Shown: positions 52,447 through 62,348, numbered from the stretch's first letter. The stretch: DNA of 64,000 nt from Cyanophyceae cyanobacterium (GCA_050331735.1 JBHJGN010000046.1:1-64000); one strand, 5' to 3'. Made by a program: numbers and translations. Notes: generated by a model from the sequence alone, not told the origin.

Positions 52447-52842
52447 CTACTCTGCTGTTCCTTCTAAAGAAAGTTGTTTCAGCAAAGTTTGAATGAGGCT
52501 AGGGGACACTCGAAACGTGGTTTGCTGTAACCGAAAAATCACTTTAGGCAAATCCACAATTTCTAGAGTAGCTGCCTCTTCCAAAATGCCCAATGCACCA
52601 GCAATCCTAATCTTTTTGGAGCGGGCAACTCGGCGAGCTTTTCGATCGTCTGCTAACAGCAAATCTGCGCTCAACTGCTCCGCTCGTAAAATTGCCCTCA
52701 CGTTCACCCAAATCTAACTCTGCAAGAACTGCATCAGGTTGAACATTAACAGGGTGGATTTCCAGCTAGATAGGAGGTTCTTCTATCCAACGTTTAACAA
52801 TCTCTGGCGCTCACTCATCTGCTAATTCAGCTCGTACAGCCT
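52447..52842 (-). pseudogene. DUF3368-like PIN toxin pseudogene
   Basis: AVRAELADE*APEIVKRWIEEPPI*LEI...LDLGERE, then a +1 shift into AILRAEQLSADLLLADDRKARR; N-terminus absent. Confidence 0.8.
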
Positions 52843-53005
52843 ATTGTCAATCATAGCTATCTACCAATGGTCGGGGACAGTCGAATCAGTCGAATCAGTT
52901 GAGGCTAATACCGATAATTACCCTTACCGGAATTAAAACAAGCTGTTGATTAACGAGATTATTCGAACATCACCAGCTCAAACAATCAACCCGAAGATTC
53001 CAAGA

Positions 53006-53353
53006 CTAATCAAGATTGGGAGCGGTGGTGTCAATGTGAACAGGATTATATTCCTCGATCAAGTTGGTATTGGCAAAGTCGGGAGGCGAAGCGTAAGCCA
53101 AGATAAAAAAGCCAGTACTTTCAGAAATTTCATGTCCACTTCCAGGGGAGTTAGTGTAGACGGATTTGGTCATAGCATGATAGTGCCGCTCAATACTTCC
53201 ATTCAAAACGGTGTACCACAGAATACTGATATGCTCGGTTTCTGCCGCCCCTGCAAGAATGAGCTTTTTCAAATTTGGTCTGAAGGTAAAAAAGTCATAG
53301 TTGTTTGGATTTGTTGTCAGATCGTCCAAATCGATGATCGTCGAGCGGCTCAA
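53006..53353 (-). pseudogene. Cupin protein, probably internally deleted
   Basis: Cupin motif 1 (HYH) and motif 2 (PGSGH) are separated by only about 10 residues, and the metal-binding Glu position is Lys. Confidence 0.55.
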
Positions 53354-53517
53354 TCCAGAGAAATAATCCTAAATTATTGGTAGCCTGTGAATCGTTGAAG
53401 TTAAAGTTCAAGCCCAAAATAAGTCCTACTACAGATAAAATTTTCCCAATCACTGCCTATCACTCCTTTTTTGAATAAGATCGGTGATAACAACTGAAAA
53501 GCCCTGTTGCGATCGAA

Positions 53518-54204
53518 CTACTGGTGACATAACTCCTTTAACTGCTTTAGCACCGTTACTGAATCGGATGTCCAGCCAACAATACCCCCCTGCGCCCTCA
53601 CCATCTCTAAGGTGGACTGTTTGAACGCCGGAAAATAGCTCTCAGTACAGTCCTCAACCAGAAGGCACTCATACCCCCGATCGTTAGCTTCCCGCAGAGT
53701 CGTTTGTACGCAGACTTCAGTGGTCACGCCCGTAAACAATAGGTGGGTGATTCTGTTTTCCGTCAGTACCTGTTGGAGAGAGGTGTGGTAAAAAGCGCCC
53801 TTACCGGGTTTAGTAATCACGGTTTCTCCAGGCAGAGGAGCTAGTTCGGCGATGATACTGTTCCCCGGTTCCCCCTTGACTAAAATGCGTCCCATCGGAC
53901 CTTGGTCTCCAATTTTGAGTCTTCCCTCCCCCCCCCGCCTAAGCTTTGCGGGAGGACAGTCGGAAAGGTCGCTCTCGTGGCATTCCTGAGTATGGATCAC
54001 GGGCAATCCCAAGTCCCGGAAGGCGGCTAGCAGAGTCTGGAGCGGGGGAACGATCGCCTGAAGCCGTAATACATCATTGCCGAGACTAGCACCAAAGCCT
54101 CCCGGTTCTAAGAAATCCCGCTGCATATCGATGATGATTAACGCCAGGGAGTGGAAGGAATTAGGAAGAGGGTAGGGATAGGGCAGGGCGGGAAGGGTAG
54201 GCAT
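53518..54204 (-). CDS. Isochorismatase-family cysteine hydrolase, triuret hydrolase (TrtA)-like
   Basis: IDMQRDF, KPGKGAF and TTEVCVQT form the D-K-C triad. GGFG..LGNDV, SYFP and GGIVGW resemble TrtA rather than BiuH. Confidence 0.75.
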   Translation of the reverse strand: MPTLPALPYPYPLPNSFHSLALIIIDMQRDFLEPGGFGASLGNDVLRLQAIVPPLQTLLAAFRDLGLPVIHTQECHESDLSDCPPAKLRRGGEGRLKIGDQGPMGRILVKGEPGNSIIAELAPLPGETVITKPGKGAFYHTSLQQVLTENRITHLLFTGVTTEVCVQTTLREANDRGYECLLVEDCTESYFPAFKQSTLEMVRAQGGIVGWTSDSVTVLKQLKELCHQ

Positions 54205-54353
54205 TGGGAATAAAAATAGACAAATAAAAAATGTGAGAGTCGTTAATCGGGTGGGAGAGTTAGGCACAGGTATTATCGTTTGTTCTCCCTCCCTCCTTAT
54301 AGGTAATGAGTCTTGTATTGGGGCATCACGACGCTAAGAAAAGAAACGGTTTC

Positions 54354-55286
54354 CTAATGCCCAGCCATCCGCTGACCGATCAGAGTGTAGTCAGCAGTGG
54401 CAGTTGTACTTTCATAGACAAATTCGCCTTCGCTGATGACGATGAGGCGATCGCTAAGCTTGAGGAGTTCGTCGAGATCCTCGCTCACCAACAGCACGGC
54501 AACTCCCTGGTTACGTGCTTCGACAATGTTGGTGTGGATAACAACAGTGCTGAAGTCTAGCCCGAAGCAGGGATTGGCAGCGATGAGCAGGTTAATGTCG
54601 TTGGACGAGAGTTCTCGCGCCAGCACGGTGCGCTGCACATTACCCCCCGAAAGATGGTTGACGGGGGTTTCAGGAGACGGAGTTTTGACAGAGAATTGTT
54701 GAATGAGCGCGATCGCCTTGGCTCGAATAGCTTTGAGGCGGAGCAGCCCTCCCCTGGACTGGGGCGGTTTGTCGAAGGTTCGCAACGCCATGTTTTCAGC
54801 CACAGACATCTGAGGAACACAGGCGTTGCGGAGGGGTTCTTCCGGCAGCACAAACACGCGATGCTTGGTCAGTTCGGCACGAATGGCGGTGTAGGAATCG
54901 CCCTCCACCCGAATCTCGCCTTGGGTAGGTTCCCGTTGCCCCGCCAACACTTCTACCAGTTCTCGCTGTCCATTACCAGAAATCCCGGCGATGCCGACAA
55001 TTTCTCTCCGGTGAACGGTGAGGCTAACTCCCCGCAAAGCTTCCACCCCATCCTCATCGGCATGGAGATCGTTCACTTCCAGCACAGGAGACGGCTGTAC
55101 GGCAACCTTGTTGACGGGCGACGGTTCCTTGCGCTCCCTCATCATCATTTCTGCCATGTCTGCCACGCTCAGGTCTTGAACAGCCCCCTGTCCGGCTAAG
55201 CCACCCTTGCGGAGAACCGTAATTTCATCAGCAAAGGCGGTCACTTCACGAAACTCGTGGGAGATCATCAAAACGCTCAGTTCCCC
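54354..55286 (-). pseudogene. 5'-truncated sugar/nucleoside-type ABC ATP-binding protein
   Basis: Begins at GELSVLMISH, the end of the first ATPase half. The second half has GISGNGQ, LSGGNVQR, ANPCFGLD and VSEDLDEL. Confidence 0.85.
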
Positions 55287-55701
55287 TTATGTCTAACAAA
55301 CGACCGCGCTTCATCACATTCAAGCGTCAATCGGCCTTTTTTTTTGCCTTAAGGTTGGCGTGACGGCGAACGCTCTCATATTTGGCATTCACATATTGCT
55401 GTAACCAAGGTTCTGACACCTCTACAACCCGCGCAATCCCGGCTAAGGGCAGTTTTTCTAGTAACAGTTTGTCCATCAAGGCTTTCGTCGCATCATCAAT
55501 GATCTTATTCTGAGGGTCTTTGACGAACTGACGACCACAATCATTGCATTTATGATTTTGCTTGCCATTGTAAATCGTGCCGTTCTTAACGACATTTGTA
55601 GACGCACAATCAGGATACTTGGGTAATGAGGATGACATAATGAGGCCGATTCACAATTTGATGGCTACCCATTAGCCTATCCTTACATCTTTAGGACTAC
55701 C
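55282..55701 (-). mobile_element. Truncated IS1-family element (left end, insA, and the start of insB)
   Basis: Terminal GGTAGTCCTAAAGATGTAAG; InsA zinc-ribbon ORF at 55327..55638 with its first Cys replaced by Tyr; A9 slippery run at 55337-55345; shifted frame KKKGRLTLECDEARSFV, which then breaks off. Confidence 0.85.
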
Positions 55702-55964
55702 CACAACTGCCTCTGCGGACAGCAATTGGATTGATTGAACAACTCAAGCATCCCTCTATTCAAATGACACTCGCGTAAGTTCTGAAAGAGATTCTTTACG
55801 TTTCACAAAATTAATAGTGGTAACTGCTTTTATAAAAATTACTAAAACCAAAGATTTACATTCATTAGTTTACAAAATATGTACGGTAGTATTTTTGAGA
55901 TTTAAGCTGAAATTTAAGCTTGAAAAAGAACGAATAAAAATTGAATAAATTAGGGTTATAGGTC

Positions 55965-56801
55965 ATGACTACAATCAACGGAACTGACGAAGCTGACATA
56001 CTCATTGGGACTCCAAACGATGATGTCATTAATGGATTGGGAGGAAATGATCGGATATTCGCCAAAGATGGTAGGGATAACGTGCTAGGTGGAGCAGGCA
56101 ATGATATCATCCGTGGCGGAGATGGAGATGATCTACTTCGTGGAGAAGATGGTCGCGATTTCCTCAAAGGCGGAGACGGCATTGATCTCCTTGATGGTGG
56201 AGCAGGCAATGACCTTCTCAAAGGCGGAGACGGCAGCGACTCACTTTTCGGCGGCAATGATGACGACCTTCTGATTGGTGGAGACGGAGATGACCTTCTT
56301 AGTGATTTTTTAGATGGAGATGACGTTCTTATCGGCGGAGCTGGGAATGATGACCTTGATGCTGGCGAAGGGAATGAACTTCTTCTTGGTGGAACTGGGA
56401 ATGATGACCTTTCCAGTGGAGCCGGCAATGACACTCTTATCGGTGGTAGTGGTGCCGATAGATTCATCTTTTTCTCAAATAGACCCTTTGCTGCCAGCGA
56501 CTATGGAAGCAACACAATCGCTGACTTTGAAGCAGACACAGATCAAATCCTGCTTGAACAAGAATCTTTTACTGCTCTCACTAATATGATGGGTGGGTTA
56601 ATAGCTCCTGATGAGTTTGCAACTGTCGCTAATGACATAGATGCTTCTACTAGTGAAGCTTTTGTTATCTACAGTACAAGCACAGGCAATCTGTTTTATA
56701 ATCAGAACGGAGCTGACCCAAATCTAGGAACAGGCGATAAGTTTGCGACGCTTTTGGGCATTCCTTCACTAAGTGCTGAAGATATTGCCGTTATAAGCTA
56801 A
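55965..56801 (+). CDS. RTX/hemolysin-type calcium-binding repeat protein
   Basis: Many GGxGxDxLx nonapeptides; C-terminal GNLFYNQNG typical of cyanobacterial type I-secreted proteins. Confidence 0.9.
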   Translation: MTTINGTDEADILIGTPNDDVINGLGGNDRIFAKDGRDNVLGGAGNDIIRGGDGDDLLRGEDGRDFLKGGDGIDLLDGGAGNDLLKGGDGSDSLFGGNDDDLLIGGDGDDLLSDFLDGDDVLIGGAGNDDLDAGEGNELLLGGTGNDDLSSGAGNDTLIGGSGADRFIFFSNRPFAASDYGSNTIADFEADTDQILLEQESFTALTNMMGGLIAPDEFATVANDIDASTSEAFVIYSTSTGNLFYNQNGADPNLGTGDKFATLLGIPSLSAEDIAVIS

Positions 56802-57006
56802 GTTATTGAAGAGATTAAAAAGACATACTCGTTTTATTGACTTATTGACAAGTAGTTCTTAATATCAGGCGGTTTGTTTTCTCTCTTTCAAGAACTGATT
56901 TTTGTTTAGGTCTGTTGCCATAAGCTAATAGCAACCTTTAATACTTGCAAAAGCTGCCAATCTCTTTTGTGTTCGCTAGTTTGGAAAGTCTACTACTTTG
57001 GGGTCA

Positions 57007-57867
57007 ATGAGAATTCTTTTCACCATTCCCCACTTTTTCAATTCTGAAGCCGAAGGTAAGCACGGTTCGCAAAGAAAAAATTTCCAGCCTCGCCTTCGAG
57101 CTTTGAGCGCAGGAATCACGGCATTACACCAGCTATTTGGTGATTCTCAAAGGATTATCGACCACGGACAGCGTTTGGCACTCCCAGTTAACCAACCCCG
57201 AGGGTGTGAGGTTGATATTGTTATCTGTACTACCAGAAACTGCCATCTCCTGAGTCACTTTCTCTTGTTAAAACATTTATACAAGCATCAAGTGATTCAG
57301 GTAAACCCTCTTCTCTTAGGCTTTGAATGTCAGGCAATTCTGCGGGATTGCCTTGGTCAGTATGACTATTACTGCTACCTTGAAGACGACCTCATCGTTC
57401 GTGACCCCTGGCTGTTTATCAAATTAAATTGGTTTAGCCAGCAGGTAGGAAACGTATGCTTGCTTCAGCCTAATCGCTACGAAGTTTCCACTCAAGGTCC
57501 AATCTACAAAGCTTATATTGACGGCAACCTGGCTCCGCAGGTAACTGCGCCCTTCCAAAATATTCAGGAGCAAGCTTTGCTCAAAGGCGAGGTTTTGAAA
57601 GTACCAATTACTTTCCATCGCCCTTCAAATCCCCACTCAGGCTGTTATTTTTTGAATGCTGAGCAAATGGCCTACTGGGTGAAGCAGCCCTATTTTCTCG
57701 ATCGAGATACAAGTTTTATTGGTCCACTCGAAAGTGCTGCGACGTTAGGAATCATGAAGACGTTCCAAGTTTACAAAGCAGCGCCAGAACAAGCTGATTT
57801 CCTGGAGGTGCAGCACTTTGGAACGCAATATCTAAAGCTTATTGGCGAGCGGGGGCGTCTGCTTTAA
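57007..57867 (+). CDS. Conserved cyanobacterial protein with a GT-A-like YLEDD motif
   Basis: Intact 286-aa ORF: YDYYCYLEDDL, LQPNRYE, NPHSGCYFL, GPLESAATLG. Confidence 0.65.
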   Translation: MRILFTIPHFFNSEAEGKHGSQRKNFQPRLRALSAGITALHQLFGDSQRIIDHGQRLALPVNQPRGCEVDIVICTTRNCHLLSHFLLLKHLYKHQVIQVNPLLLGFECQAILRDCLGQYDYYCYLEDDLIVRDPWLFIKLNWFSQQVGNVCLLQPNRYEVSTQGPIYKAYIDGNLAPQVTAPFQNIQEQALLKGEVLKVPITFHRPSNPHSGCYFLNAEQMAYWVKQPYFLDRDTSFIGPLESAATLGIMKTFQVYKAAPEQADFLEVQHFGTQYLKLIGERGRLL

Positions 57868-57893
57868 ATTCGCCTGCAATTTAGAACGGATTG

Positions 57894-57941
57894 AGTTACT
57901 CTCTAGCGCAGCATTCTAGTTACTCTCTAGCGCAGCATTCT
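57894..57941. repeat. Perfect 24-bp tandem duplication
   Basis: AGTTACTCTCTAGCGCAGCATTCT x2. Confidence 0.92.
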
Positions 57942-58463
57942 ATAGACCACAATCCCCCACCGTAGTCAAGACACCACCAAAGCCAAGTAGTCCCCAGTAG
58001 GGACGGACGTGTTGCCGCTGACCCAAAGTCTTGACCACTATTGTAGCCGTGAGCTACCGTCATCTCTGACCATTTATGAACATTCCCTCTAGCTCGAATA
58101 AATGTCGTTTGAGATACTCTTGAAAAGGCTGACCAGAGGTGCTCTCGACAATGGCTGCAAGTAGACCATAGCCCGTATCAGAATATCAATACCTTTTAAA
58201 CCATATCCCTCCTCAAAAATAACTCCGCCATTTTGAGCCACCAGAACCGCACCGGAAAATCCAGCCTCTTCTAGCACATCAAGATAGCTTTCGAGCTGAG
58301 CAATTATCTTCTTGCAAGTCCGTTGCTCAGTTTGAGCCACTTGTGATTCATGACTAATCGGTTGCTCGTTGAGGTCTGATGACACAGATTGCGTTGAACA
58401 CCCTACTAAAAAAATTAGTAAGCTTGAGCAAATCTTTGCTCGTCCAACCCTGCGCGTTCTCAT
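57940..58463 (-). pseudogene. Fragmented beta-lactamase-family serine hydrolase lipoprotein
   Basis: LVGC lipobox and GFSGAVLVAQNG.VIFEEGYGL; the SxxK region is missing; later fragments VAHGY and PYWGLLGFGGVLTTVGD lie in other frames. Confidence 0.65.
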
Positions 58464-58522
58464 CGTTGATCTCCTAATATTCAAACCCGCTCTCTAAGAG
58501 CTTAAATAAAATTTGTAAAGAC

Positions 58523-58545
58523 TTGACAACAAAAAACGATTGTCA
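58523..58545. promoter_or_regulatory. Inverted repeat overlapping TTGACA upstream of the WYL gene
   Basis: TGACAA-N10-TTGTCA (58524-58545). Confidence 0.45.
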
Positions 58546-58626
58546 GCGGAATACTAGCTTTGTTGTATCCTTGCACTATGTCCGCCTATATTTTTCTTGA
58601 GGTTCATCCTTAGAAGCGACAAGACT

Positions 58627-59472
58627 ATGAGCCGTAAAGGACAATCGATTACCCTCTCTATTTCTGAGCAAAATAAAGCAAGATTAGAGTCCCTCGCCCT
58701 GGAGTTTGGCATGATGTGGGGCGATCGCCCAAACATCTCCAAACTCATCGAGGCGATCGCCCGTCATCATCTCCAGGTAACAGCCAACAATAATTGGTCA
58801 AACTACCGCATAGAAGCCCTTCAGGTAGCCATCAGAACCTTAATAGATACAGGCAAAATAGACGAAGCGAGAGAATTGGCCTGGTTGCTGAGCGAGCGCA
58901 GCGAACTGCCTGCTCCTTTTCGGGGAGAGATCGAGCAGTTTCTAAATAATCCGTTACCGCCCTGGCGCTTGGAAATGAATCGCTTGATTCGCCTTCAGCA
59001 GCCCTTTCGTCTGGCCTACCGAGATGCAGCCGATCGCCTCTGGAGCTATACCGTTTTGTACGCACAGAATGTCCTTATAAAACGACAGCCCTATCTGCTG
59101 TGCCGATGTGAAGAATCCGGAGAGGAAGTTGCAGGACTACAGCACAACTGGACATTGAGATTAAACCGGATTACCGAAGCAGCAGTGGCCTCCGTTAGTA
59201 AACCTTGGGAACCAGATTTAGCAAGAATTCCGGTAGAATTTGAACTCCGGGGCGGACTCGCGTTTACCTATAGCCGCCACCCGGAAGACAGTAGCGTGAG
59301 CGATATTCAGGGCGATCCCCCTGAGCGCAGAATTGTGAGAAACATTTTTAGCACAGCGTGGTTTTTTCAAGAGATATCCCAGTATTGGGAAGACTCTATC
59401 GTGATATCTCCTCTCGATGTCCGCTCGCGTCTGCAAGAAAAACTCAACGCCATGCACCAGAATTATCAGTAA
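58627..59472 (+). CDS. WYL-domain regulator with an RHH-like N-terminus (Sll7009-like)
   Basis: MSRKGQSITLSIS...WGDRPNISKLIEAIAR; QPFRLAYRDAA, YL.C.CEE, L.HNWTLRLNRI; WCX-like tail. Confidence 0.85.
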   Translation: MSRKGQSITLSISEQNKARLESLALEFGMMWGDRPNISKLIEAIARHHLQVTANNNWSNYRIEALQVAIRTLIDTGKIDEARELAWLLSERSELPAPFRGEIEQFLNNPLPPWRLEMNRLIRLQQPFRLAYRDAADRLWSYTVLYAQNVLIKRQPYLLCRCEESGEEVAGLQHNWTLRLNRITEAAVASVSKPWEPDLARIPVEFELRGGLAFTYSRHPEDSSVSDIQGDPPERRIVRNIFSTAWFFQEISQYWEDSIVISPLDVRSRLQEKLNAMHQNYQ

Positions 59473-59511
59473 ACAAACAACAGGCCAACTGTTGAGCACG
59501 GAACGAGAAGA

Positions 59512-60207
59512 TTACTGCTGTCCGTATCTTTGTCGGCCCGCTGCCGTGGCTAGTTCAGGGCGCTCAGCTTCAATAAGAGCGCGATCGCGGATGCGACAGG
59601 AATCACAGATACCGCAAGGCTGCACTCCTCCCTGATAGCAAGACCAAGTTTTTTCAATGGGCACTCCTAAACGGAGAGCGCGGCGCACAATGTCTACCTT
59701 AGTCTCTCTCACGAGAGGAGCGACTAACTGAGGCGCGTTTCCCTCCAATCCAGATTTTGAAGAGAGCTGGGCGAGCCTTTGATACGTCTCCAGATACTCG
59801 GGACGGCAGTCGGGATAGCCTGAATAATCAACGGCATTAATACCCAGATAAATCGTCCTTGCACTTTTCGCTTCCGCTAGGGAAAGCGCTACCGCAATAA
59901 ATACTGTATTTCGCCCCGGCACGTAGGTATCAGGAATGACCCCTGGCTGAACTCCCTCCTTGGGAATAGACCGAGTCTTGTCCGTAAGAGCTGAACCGCC
60001 CCACAGAGATAAGTCGATGTCCACAATGTAGTGTTCCTGAATGCTCAACGCCTCAACAATTTCTTTCGCCGCTGTTAGTTCTCGCTCGTGCCGCTGTCCG
60101 TAGCGAACAGACAGGGCGACCAAATTATAGCCATCCGCGAGCGCCACTGCTGCCGTTGTCGCTGAATCTAGTCCTCCAGAAAGCAAAATTACGGCTGTTT
60201 CTTTCAT
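59512..60207 (-). CDS. queC: 7-cyano-7-deazaguanine synthase
   Basis: [27 protein letters not shown]...CGICDSC. Confidence 0.96.
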   Translation of the reverse strand: MKETAVILLSGGLDSATTAAVALADGYNLVALSVRYGQRHERELTAAKEIVEALSIQEHYIVDIDLSLWGGSALTDKTRSIPKEGVQPGVIPDTYVPGRNTVFIAVALSLAEAKSARTIYLGINAVDYSGYPDCRPEYLETYQRLAQLSSKSGLEGNAPQLVAPLVRETKVDIVRRALRLGVPIEKTWSCYQGGVQPCGICDSCRIRDRALIEAERPELATAAGRQRYGQQ

Positions 60208-60326
60208 CAGTTAAACTCCTATTGAGCGATCGGGGGGGATGGCAAAATTGTGCTTTTTCCCCAGCCGTTGAATAACGTTCACAATTAACACCTCTGTTGT
60301 GTCCGCACATAAAGAAGGTATACTCT

Positions 60327-60719
60327 TTAGAGCTTGAATACTCGGTCGAGAGTCAGACGGGCGATCGCAAAACACAACAAACTTTCTATAACTAGAACAA
60401 TCAGCAATGGCCCATCAAAACTAGAATCAACAGTCTCAACAGGTGCTAATCCTCGTACCAGGGTAAACGCTAGCACCACCCCATCTTTCAAGAAAGGATT
60501 GGCTGGCTCTGAGCGAACGGTATAGCGATAGGTGACCCCAAACAAAAAGCCGCTCAGCCAAGCGACGACTGCTCTTAGGAATAAAAAGACTCCGGTCGCT
60601 GAAACGCCTACCAGCAAAAACCGAACCATCAGCAAAAAACCGTAGGCACACCCAAAAGACCAAGCGGCTGTTACTCCTACTTGAAAAGATTCTCTTCGTT
60701 GCGATCGCACATTGTCCAA
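60327..60719 (-). CDS. Conserved membrane protein
   Basis: LFGVTYRY and LKDGVVLAFTLVRGLA motifs; several TM segments. Confidence 0.75.
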   Translation of the reverse strand: MDNVRSQRRESFQVGVTAAWSFGCAYGFLLMVRFLLVGVSATGVFLFLRAVVAWLSGFLFGVTYRYTVRSEPANPFLKDGVVLAFTLVRGLAPVETVDSSFDGPLLIVLVIESLLCFAIARLTLDRVFKL

Positions 60720-60791
60720 AATTTCCCCTAGATCTGCTCTCGACGCAGTACTATATTTCTAAGTAGCAATTTTAATTTTAATGAGGTAGCC

Positions 60792-60881
60792 ATGGATATT
60801 CTCATGCTCGGTTGGGTTAGTATTTTAGCGCTCTTTACCTGGTCAATTGCCATGGTGGTGTGGGCGCGTAACGGTTTTTAA
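60792..60881 (+). CDS. petN: Cytochrome b6f subunit PetN
   Basis: MDILMLGWVSILALFTWSIAMVVWARNGF with a GAGG RBS; below the ORF-track size cutoff. Confidence 0.95.
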   Translation: MDILMLGWVSILALFTWSIAMVVWARNGF

Positions 60882-60882
60882 T

Positions 60883-61020
60883 GTGGACATATCGATTCTT
60901 AATGGTCTGTTTTTAGCCGCTCTTGGATTGCTGGTAGTGATTAGTGGAGGCATTGTTTACCTGACTGCGGTGGAGTGGCGCGACCGCCGCCGTCGAGACC
61001 GAGATAAACGCTCGCTGTAG
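60883..61020 (+). CDS. Small single-TM protein downstream of petN (45 aa)
   Basis: GTG start 1 nt after the petN stop; MDISILNGLFLAALGLLVVISGGIVYLTAVEWRDRRRRDRDKRSL. Confidence 0.7.
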   Translation: MDISILNGLFLAALGLLVVISGGIVYLTAVEWRDRRRRDRDKRSL

Positions 61021-61166
61021 ATTCAGGACAAGAGCATTCTCTTTCCCACCTCTGGTGTCGGGTAATTTTTACGGACACTTCTTGGATTGGCCAATCTTCT
61101 GCCGTCTTCATCTCCCCATTCTCTTGTTATGCTGAAAGCAGTCCCGCTGTCGATCGTGTGCTTCCT

Positions 61167-62342
61167 ATGTCTCAACCAATCCAAATTGTGATTCTTGGTG
61201 GCGGTTTTGGCGGTCTTTATACCGCTCTACGCCTCAGCCAACTTCCCTGGACACAACAGCCGGAGATTGTTTTAGTAGATCAGCAAGATCGCTTTCTCTT
61301 CTCACCACTCTTATACGAGCTAGTGACGGAGGAGATGCAAACGTGGGAAATTGCGCCACCGTTCGCCGAGGTTCTCGCTGGGACAGGAGTTCGCTTCATC
61401 CAGAGTCGCGTTACTGCAATTAACCCCGAAGCTCAGCAGGTTGCCTTAGATAACGGGTCACACCTAGCCTACACCAAGCTAGTTATAGCCATTGGTGGAA
61501 AAACTCCCCTCGACATTGTTCCCGGAGCAGCAGACGACGCCCTTCCCTTTCGGTCCCTCACAGATGCCTATCGCCTTAACGAACGGCTACAGGCCCTCAG
61601 AAAAGCTGAAAAAATTAGGATTGCGGTTGTGGGCGGCGGCTACAGCGGAGTGGAGATTGCCTGCAAGTTAGCAGACAGGCTCAAAGACCAAGGGAGAATC
61701 CGCTTAATCGAGCGAGGAGCAGACATACTCGCTACTTCCCCGGAATTTAATCGAGAGGCGGCCAAACAAGCGCTTCAGTCTAGACAGGTGTGGCTTGATC
61801 TAGAGACTGAAGTAGAGTCCATCGAATCTGAGGCAATTTCTTTAATTTATAAGGGCAAAGTTGACAAAATTCCCGTTGATATTGTGCTGTGGACAGTAGG
61901 GACTAAAGTCTCTCATTTTGTGAAAGAACTGCCGCTGAAACATAACGAACGCGGTCTACTCGTCACCACTCCTCTGCTACAGGCATTAGACTATCCGGAC
62001 ATTTATGCCCTTGGAGATGTAGCCGACAATAAGGATGCCTCTGGTCAGCAAGTACCAGCAACCGCCCAGTCTGCTTTTCAGCAGTCCGATTATTGTGCCT
62101 GGAATATTTGGGCCTCATTGACCAACAGACCGTTACTCCCGTTCCGCTATCAGCACCTTGGCGAATTAATGACTTTAGGAACCGACACCGCAACGCTGAG
62201 TGGCTTAGGCGTGAATCTCGACGGTTCTGCGGCCCATCTGGCGCGGCGCTTACTGTACCTATATCGGATGCCGTCTCTCAAGCATCAGCTCAATGTTGGC
62301 TTCAACTGGGTGACAAAACCACTGGTCGAGCTGCTTTCCTAG
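61167..62342 (+). CDS. ndbB: Type II NAD(P)H dehydrogenase, NdbB/NDC1-like (demethylphylloquinone reductase)
   Basis: GGGFGGLYTAL, FLFSPLLYEL...WEIAP, GGGYSGVE, PATAQSAFQQ. Confidence 0.8.
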   Translation: MSQPIQIVILGGGFGGLYTALRLSQLPWTQQPEIVLVDQQDRFLFSPLLYELVTEEMQTWEIAPPFAEVLAGTGVRFIQSRVTAINPEAQQVALDNGSHLAYTKLVIAIGGKTPLDIVPGAADDALPFRSLTDAYRLNERLQALRKAEKIRIAVVGGGYSGVEIACKLADRLKDQGRIRLIERGADILATSPEFNREAAKQALQSRQVWLDLETEVESIESEAISLIYKGKVDKIPVDIVLWTVGTKVSHFVKELPLKHNERGLLVTTPLLQALDYPDIYALGDVADNKDASGQQVPATAQSAFQQSDYCAWNIWASLTNRPLLPFRYQHLGELMTLGTDTATLSGLGVNLDGSAAHLARRLLYLYRMPSLKHQLNVGFNWVTKPLVELLS

Positions 62343-62348
62343 AGAACA

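Noticed and set aside
55865..56467. 200-aa Ser/Pro-rich ORF
   Set aside because: Antisense shadow of the RTX glycine/aspartate repeats.
59512..60207. QueC-based defence system (QatC or CBASS type IV) next to the WYL gene
   Set aside because: It is a canonical-length housekeeping QueC, convergent with WYL, with no qat, cyclase or TGT partners.
3185..62342. Prenyl-lipid/quinone gene cluster (GG reductases, ABC1 kinase, DUF92, ndbB)
   Set aside because: The genes are scattered over about 60 kb among unrelated housekeeping genes, with no operon structure.
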